Assembly (NCBI GenBank): GCA_964428335.1
Contig: CAYRXW010000008.1
Coordinates: 9,834-73,833 of the forward strand
Reading direction: 5' to 3'
DNA length: 64,000 bases
Source of the DNA: an uncultured Methanosarcinales archaeon
Lineage (GTDB): Archaea > Nanobdellota > Nanobdellia > Woesearchaeales > GW2011-AR15
Shown piece after piece: positions 63,440 to 64,000 of the stretch. Each line of letters starts with the position of its first letter. The stretch's first letter is position 1. Below the pieces are notes generated by a model. That model did no database searches, was not told where the DNA came from, and saw only the letters and a program-made list of their open reading frames with translations. A program made the translations under genes and the position numbers.

Positions 63440-63597
63440 AGGCGTTGTCCAGAGTCTCGCCATGCTCGACTGCAGCAGCAAGTTTTAAGAGGTAGTTTTT
63501 AGATAAAGACCGTCTCCGTAGGAGCCATCCCTCTGGTCTTTGTCTATACACATAGAGAAGAAAACTTGCACATTGCTGCAGATTCTGGACATCGCCT
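63440..63597 (+). ncRNA. GC-rich 158-nt imperfect palindrome folding into one long rod-like hairpin, either a structured ncRNA or a MITE-like element
   Basis: Helix H1 pairs 63440-57 with 63580-97 (18 positions, 1 U-U mismatch, 1 G-U). Helix H2 pairs 63472-86 with 63561-79 and has a 4-nt bulge. Helix H3 pairs 63501-11 with 63535-45 (11 bp, 1 G-U). The apical hairpin is CTCC-GTA-GGAG. A TATA-like tttaaata sits at 63420-27 and an oligo-T at 63612-16. The direct repeat GTTGCTAAGGC (63434-44) / GTTACTAAGGC (63598-608) flanks the element. The strand assignment is tentative. Confidence 0.55.
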
Positions 63598-63601
63598 GTT
63601 A

Positions 63602-64000
63602 CTAAGGCTTCTTTTTCAGGACTGATATGTTGCCTTCCTTATGCACCAGTTCATATTTATCAATATTTTTTTCCAGAATCATCCGTGAATTTAAGAACAA
63701 GTCCTTTCTCCAGCTGTTTTCAATCGGGCCTAAAACAACATAATTGAAATCCAAGGGATTACAGCCATTTCCAATAAGGTATCTAATTTTCGGATTGTTC
63801 AATAATGCAAAATAGGCTGTATTCACATCATTAAAAGTTCTTGTTTCTGAAATCACGCACACCCATGCTTCCTCATTTATAGTTCCAAGAATATTATCTA
63901 TGTTGATGCTATCTCGAAGGGCATTTTGTGAATATAAATTGAACACTGCTGCAACCAGAACTAGAGCTAAAATTGATTTTTGCCATTTAATATTTTGCAC
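63602..64000 (-). CDS. Secreted protein (hypothetical), possibly truncated at the window edge
   Basis: The N-terminus QNIKWQKSILALVLVAAVFNLYSQ looks like a signal peptide. The ORF reaches position 64000, so the start is unverified. Confidence 0.5.
   Translation of the reverse strand: MQNIKWQKSILALVLVAAVFNLYSQNALRDSINIDNILGTINEEAWVCVISETRTFNDVNTAYFALLNNPKIRYLIGNGCNPLDFNYVVLGPIENSWRKDLFLNSRMILEKNIDKYELVHKEGNISVLKKKP

Noticed and set aside
1-64000. I looked for CRISPR arrays, rRNA genes, transposases, integrases, toxin-antitoxin pairs and known defence genes.
   Set aside because: No regularly spaced direct repeats with unique spacers were seen, and no rRNA-like GC-rich blocks. No DDE, tyrosine or serine recombinase motifs and no recognisable defence-system proteins were found among the translated ORFs.

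Overview
This is a visibly AT-rich, tightly packed archaeal chromosomal segment. The archaeal hallmarks are TFB, aRF1, Pth2, ABCE1, Bud32, CDP-archaeol synthase, a tRNA with bulge-helix-bulge (BHB) introns, TATA-type promoters and GGAGG-type ribosome-binding sites. The small genes, the many orphan membrane proteins and several bacterial-type envelope and lipid genes suggest a small-genome, possibly DPANN-like archaeon; this lineage call is inference only. About 23 percent of the window is one 4,989-aa ORF (147-15116, minus strand). It encodes a membrane-anchored, sequon-rich giant surface protein built from nested Ig-like/LamG lectin repeats. Its start and stop are each coupled by an ATGA overlap to a neighbour: a small tandem-HTH protein upstream and a secreted protein downstream. 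The rest is housekeeping (ppsA, valS, pgk, trxA, prf1, tfb, ABCE1, pth2, Bud32) mixed with accessory modules:
- a DtxR/FTR1 iron module with two palindromic operator-like sites
- a NikR-like/ZIP pair
- a KamA-type aminomutase with two ATP-grasp ligases
- an Lgt plus a DUF1461 (Lit-like) protein
- an EEP phosphodiesterase coupled to CarS
- a DUF58-VWA pair
- three tandem membrane paralogs with His-rich tails
- five dispersed paralogs of a ~185-aa polytopic membrane protein
- a 551-aa orphan with a possible GGDEF/Cas10-like palm signature
- a tRNA-Arg(GCG) with two BHB introns, one in the D-loop
- a GC-rich 158-nt rod-like palindromic element flanked by an 11-nt direct repeat

I saw no rRNA, CRISPR array, transposase or integrase. 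All calls come from reading the sequence and the translations. No database search was run, and the domain boundaries inside the giant gene are approximate.
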